NCBI GenBank assembly: GCA_950097015.1
Contig: CATNEN010000026.1
Location: forward strand, 62,001 to 126,000
Direction: 5' to 3'
Origin: Macrostomum hystrix
Lineage: Eukaryota > Animalia > Platyhelminthes
DNA length: 64,000 nt
The notes beneath the pieces were generated by a model that was given only the letters and a program-made list of their open reading frames with translations, was not told the origin of the DNA and searched no databases. Every line of letters begins with the position of its first letter. Position 1 is the stretch's first letter. Shown here in pieces: positions 59,701-64,000 of this stretch. The position numbers and the translations under genes are program-made.

Positions 59701-62700
59701 ATACTTACCATTCTGAGCTAAAACGGTTACATCAAAATAATGCCATGTCTCATCTGGTTTCCTGTGATTAAAGCACAGGGATTGGATCTTGGTGCTTAGG
59801 TTTTCTGGGGGGGTATTGTATGCGTGAAGTTGATGTTCCTTGATGCTCTAGCCACTTCGAAGTGGCTCTAGCCACTTTGAGGAAGCCACTTCCTTGATGC
59901 TCTAGCCACATATTGGTGCCACCCTCGACCACGAATTGAACAAGGGAGAACATCTGAAACGCATGAAAATTAGTCACTCGGTAGTAGTTTTCATTAGAAA
60001 GTACGTGAAATATAGATATCATGGCAGAATAAAGGTTTTAAGTTAAATAAAGAAACATATTTGGAAATCACAATGCTTTCATTATTCTCAACATGCTAAA
60101 ACTGAAAATTTCTAAAATCCTGCTAACTATCTCTGTGATAGCCTACCTTGCTATGCTATGGTGTGAAGGAGAGCCACGGCATAGCAAGTGTCGCCTCCTG
60201 CTTCTGCATTTGTAGGTAGAACCATCAGTTTTGACAAAACCTCGTTTGCCTGGCAAACTTTGAAAATGCGACATAGATGGCTTAGCTTGTAGATGCCTAC
60301 ATCTGACAAGCAAATTGGCTGACGATAAAATGGCTCAAGCTTCCCGAACTCCTGATACACAAAGCTAGCTGCACTGCCATCGTCTGTGGAGGAACTCAAG
60401 ATGGTCACTAACCTGCAGGCCCTCTTTCTCCCGCAACTTAAGATGGTAAAGAAGGCATCGCGCTGCTTCAGTCTGAGGCAAATTCCGGAATTCACCTTTA
60501 TCCTCTTGAACTGATAGAGAGCAGTGTAACCACGAGGAAGAGGAACATGTTTGAAAAAGTGCTGCGCAAAAACTTATTGCTCATTACTAGGGTTGGCCTT
60601 CACGTGGTAGTGCTGCCCCAGACAGGGTCCTCTTTCCTCCACTCTGTTAGCCAATTGTTGCAATGGGCGGTTTGCTGATCTCACTGAGCGTTTCACGAAG
60701 TGGTTAAAATTCTCGAACTGAAAAGCAGAGAACTTTTCCACACTTCTGTGCACAAGATAATCTTCAATAAGATGCTGGAGACTATGCACAGAAGGCACAC
60801 AAAATCCAATGCCAATGAGACTCTGAAATGCTGTAAAATGCTGTCATAAGCTGCTGGAGTCGCTCGTGATGATGCTCAATGACATTCTCACAGTTAAGCA
60901 AAACGCAAATAAGATGGAAGCATAGCAAGAGGTCCATTGCGGCTGGCGTGGGAACAAATTGAGGGAGTATTAGAGGTATTAGGTAAAGGCAAAACTGCCA
61001 TAGTTCAGTCACCTTCCACGACCTAAGGTGTTAAATGCACTTTGGCTTCCGATGGAAGTTGGATGGCGTGTGTCTGCCAATTCTGCAGAGCCAACGAGTG
61101 ATCTCCCACTGATTGGCGCCTCCAATACGAAAGTGCTTATTTCCACACAACAAATGCAGCAGCAGCTTTAGTCCGCAACCTATGTAGAGTGCATGCATGG
61201 AATCGCATGGAAAGCTTCGCACCATGTCGATGGGAAGCTCCTCCAATGTAGACGGCCATTCATGGTGGTGCTCTTCATCTATATGGCACCAAAATGATGC
61301 ATCTGTTCGCCTTGAAGCATCAACTTCAGGAAAAACTACTGTCTTTGTGACCTGATGGTAGCAGCCTGGGCTTGTACAGTAATCACAAGACTTATAGCCA
61401 GAATGTCCTGCTGTATTCTTCACAAACTTTTGAGCCATCTTTAAGGAGTAAGGCATTCTGCCACAGCTCTTTCATTTCAGTGACGAATTCATAAAGGTAC
61501 TCATTTGAAATGTCTGGCTTCGATGTACCAAAGTATACACCAATGATAAAAAAACTTCATCCAAAAAGTTCACAAAATGCAACTTCATTCCTGCCTGATA
61601 TCCAGGCAGGATATCAATAGCTCCTAAGATTACCCAGAATGACTTGTTGCTGCTGTTAAAAAGTGGGACTCCATCAACATTGACAGCCAATCTGATCTCG
61701 TCACCAATCCTATCCATAATCCCAGGCACTTTATTCAACAAAAACTGCAGGCTTCGGGTTACACCATAGTGGTATTAGTGCCCCGGACTTAGATCACAAT
61801 TGTAGGTCTAAATAAGTGAAAAACTATTGAGCTATCAGAACAGCAACAAATAAACAAAAAAATAATTCTATAAAATATGTAATATTATGTGACATAGGCT
61901 AATTATTGTGCATTTCCATAAATATATTATCAGAGACAAATAATATGAAATTTAGAATACTATGACATGCTTTAATGAATATAAATATGATGAGGAAAAT
62001 AGTTTCCCACTTAATAGGAGTAGTAGTTATTTATTATACCAATAAATATTATACCCATATTATTATAAAGGTAGGCCCTATATATAATCTATAACAATAG
62101 TATATAAACTACAAGTACATAGCAATTTTTTAGAATGAATGCTGACGTTTTAGCAATAATTTCAATTCAAATTAGATTGGCTGATGACCTAAAAACCTTA
62201 AAGAAAAAAGAATGGCCTACTAAGCAAAAAACAATATCAAGTAAGATATACTAATAACCTTTAATTATTTTTTGTACTTCACAAAGTCTATATCAAATAA
62301 GTCAGTCGAGGCTGAAATTCTTTGGAGCAAGGGCTTCTATGTCACATAACAAATAATTGTTTTACTTGGCCTTAGTATAAAAAATAACTAGTTTTACAAA
62401 TAGCTAACTACTAAAAAATTGTGAGCCAGTTCTATACAGTCAGAGTATGGTTAGAAATATAAATAGCTACATTTAAACTTGAGTTTAACACTTAAGGGTT
62501 TAAGGAATAGGACCCCAATGGATGTAACTAAATAATGGGCCAGATATTTAATAATTGAAACTAAACAGTTCCATATAAATTATATGGAAACAGAGTGTAA
62601 ATACAAAATTATTCATGTGCAGAACCTTAGTGTATATACACCTTAGTGTATATATAGAATGTGTATATTTTTTATGATACTGTCTCTAATGTCCAATACA

Positions 62701-64000
62701 GTTTATTTTATATAGCTCAGAGTGTAGGACTCATATCATTTCTTTAATGGAATATTCAAGTGCTCGAATTCTTAAATAAAATCTTACAGGTTGACATTAT
62801 TGCGCATTTAACTTTATCATTACTCTATGGTTACACACAATAAAGGGGATTGTATAGCAAGCTGTCTCACATGCATGCCATTGCCAGTCAGCCAATTCAC
62901 TGGTGCTTATGGGCTCTGACAGAGCGTGAATAGTACGTGCACATTGTCTGCAGAGACTAATTTAATTTTGTTCACTAAATAGAAAATATGAACAAAATAT
63001 AAGTTACGAAATGCATTATTTATGCTAAAACAAAGTGACTTCGAAATCTAGATTAAAACAGTTTTCTATGAATAGATATGGCCTTATTTTAAAGATTTTT
63101 TTCTCGACTTAATTTTAGGCAATTTAAAGTCTTAATTAGACTATGTTGCACTTTCTCTAATTCTACAATAAAAATCAATGATATATCATTAAAAAAACTG
63201 AAAATTATGTGCCTCAATCTCAATCTTTACACCCAAAACAAAAATACTTAAAAAATCAAAGCCTTATGAATACGTCAAAAACTGACGTCCAGTGGACTTT
63301 CTGGCAACGTCCTTTGTATATATGGGAAAACTATATTGCCTAATATATATTATATAAATATGCTTGTTTATTTTTATCATTGTTCAAAATAACCTTTGAA
63401 ATACAAAATGAATCATTTTCTTCGTATGGCCAAAAAGTAGTATAAAGGCTTAACTGGACAAGATGTATATTTTAAGGGAATGCGCTGCATTTTATATATA
63501 ATGACAATATTTTATAGACAATCATCATATTACAGAATAGGTGACTATTGACCCAATTTCTTCCTGAGTTCATGACTATGCTTTAAATGCATAGTAAGAG
63601 TCATGTCTGCCATAGTATGAAATGTAAACATATTTGCTCATTTATGTCCCACTATAGGGCCATTAACTCCCTCCCTATGGACAATTAGACGTTGTTTGAC
63701 TAGGCTATAGAAAAATGTGTATATATTGGCAAATATATATATAATAAACAGTTTTAAGACAACTCTAGTAACAATATAGGTAATTATATAGTTAGACTAT
63801 TTATCTAGCATATGCATGCATCTATTCACAATCAGCAGCTTTTTTAGAGCCTACTGAAAGTAGTTTCGTCTGTCTATTTTCAATGCTTCTCTTCTTGTAA
63901 TACTGCTGCTTTAACTGTTTTTAGGAGTTGGAAAGAGTGCTCTGCTATTGCGCTACACAGATGACACTTTCTCAAGCAACTACATCACTACAATTGGCGT
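53203..64000 (+). CDS. RAB35: Rab35/Rab1-subfamily small GTPase, 5' part. Exon 53203-53257, a 10,667-nt intron, then an exon from 63925 to the window end.
   Basis: The spliced sequence MSSPDYHFLFKLLIIGDSG/VGKSALLLRYTDDTFSSNYITTIG is joined in phase 1. LLIIGDSG and TFS..YITTIG favour Rab35 over Rab1, but only ~44 aa are visible. Confidence 0.75.
54130..54394. mobile_element. hAT-type MITE nested in the Helitron
   Basis: TIRs CAGTGGCAGATCCAGG and (reverse complement) CAGAGGCAGATTTAGG. Perfect 8-bp TSD TATACAGT at 54122-54129 and 54395-54402. Confidence 0.85.
54547..55140 (-). pseudogene. C-terminal fragment of the Helitron RepHel PIF1-family helicase
   Basis: LKVGAPIMLLRNLN...LCNGTRL, RLQFPVRVCFAMTINKAQGQS and FSHGQLYVACSRV. 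The frame is uninterrupted but the N-terminal Rep and helicase motifs are missing. Confidence 0.92.
55913..58831. mobile_element. 2.9-kb unclassified TIR element inserted in the left subterminal repeats of the EnSpm element
   Basis: Termini CCATACTC...GAGTATGG. Perfect 8-bp TSD GACATCCA at 55905-55912 and 58832-58839. TGTATGCCG-like subterminal repeats at both ends. Confidence 0.72.
57145..57410 (-). promoter_or_regulatory. Enhancer/promoter-like motif cluster inside the 2.9-kb element
   Basis: 2 CArG (CCATATTTGG), 2 MEF2 (CTAAAAATAG), 3 AP-1 (TGASTCA), GTCACATGAC, several forkhead cores and a minus-strand TATAAATA at 57145-57152. Motif match only. Confidence 0.5.
59100..60020 (-). pseudogene. 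Degenerate second (accessory) gene of the EnSpm element
   Basis: Broken frames MFSLVQFVVEGG...W...YPP and DDYIRLVHKSKNFEVRASVLDSD...RRRHLPPSRL resemble the accessory ORF of animal EnSpm elements. Contains frameshifts and stops. Confidence 0.5.
60151..61760 (-). pseudogene. Frameshifted EnSpm/CACTA transposase
   Basis: Consecutive fragments AVNVDGVPLFNSS...FWVIL, KNTAGHSGYKSCDYC, FPCDSMHALYIG, TELWQFCLY, VHSLQHL...KFSAFQFENF...KRSVRSANRPLQQ and YAVALLH, in different frames. Confidence 0.82.

Larger units (their letters stand above)
55879..63326 (-). mobile_element. EnSpm/CACTA (CMC) DNA transposon, degenerate, interrupted by a 2.9-kb insertion
   Basis: Imperfect termini CCTATGTAG... and ...ATATATGGG with AA on both flanks (possible 2-bp TSD). 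GTCCACTGGAC occurs inverted near both ends, and transposase remnants lie inside. The boundaries are less certain than the coding assignment. Confidence 0.65.

Overview
Metazoan nuclear DNA with GT-AG spliceosomal introns; this is not a prokaryotic window. GC-rich polyQ/polyA/polyP exons and minisatellite-packed introns suggest a free-living flatworm such as Macrostomum (inference only). I assembled phase-consistent gene models by hand: ZNF830/CCDC16 (-), adenylate kinase AK1 (-), EPS8 (-), an EF-hand rhomboid protease (+, head-to-head with EPS8), an isolated MLH3 C-terminal endonuclease exon (-), CCDC169 (+), a DH-PH RhoGEF (-) and the 5' part of a Rab35/Rab1-type GTPase (+). About 17 kb (roughly a quarter) of the window is tandem arrays, almost all with unrelated units. 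These arrays explain most long ORFs in the supplied track. Mobile DNA includes a 1.44-kb foldback element with ~455-bp inverted arms, two tRNA-derived SINEs, a LINE 3' fragment and two Helitrons. The 10.7-kb Rab intron holds a nest: a Helitron containing a hAT-type MITE, and an EnSpm/CACTA element containing a 2.9-kb TIR element with a dense enhancer/promoter-like module. Best leads are the N-terminus-less MLH3, the cargo enhancer in the TIR element, the foldback element, the splice-acceptor-duplicating SINE insertion, the EPS8-rhomboid divergent pair and the private minisatellite per intron. All homology calls come from recognising motifs, not from database searches.
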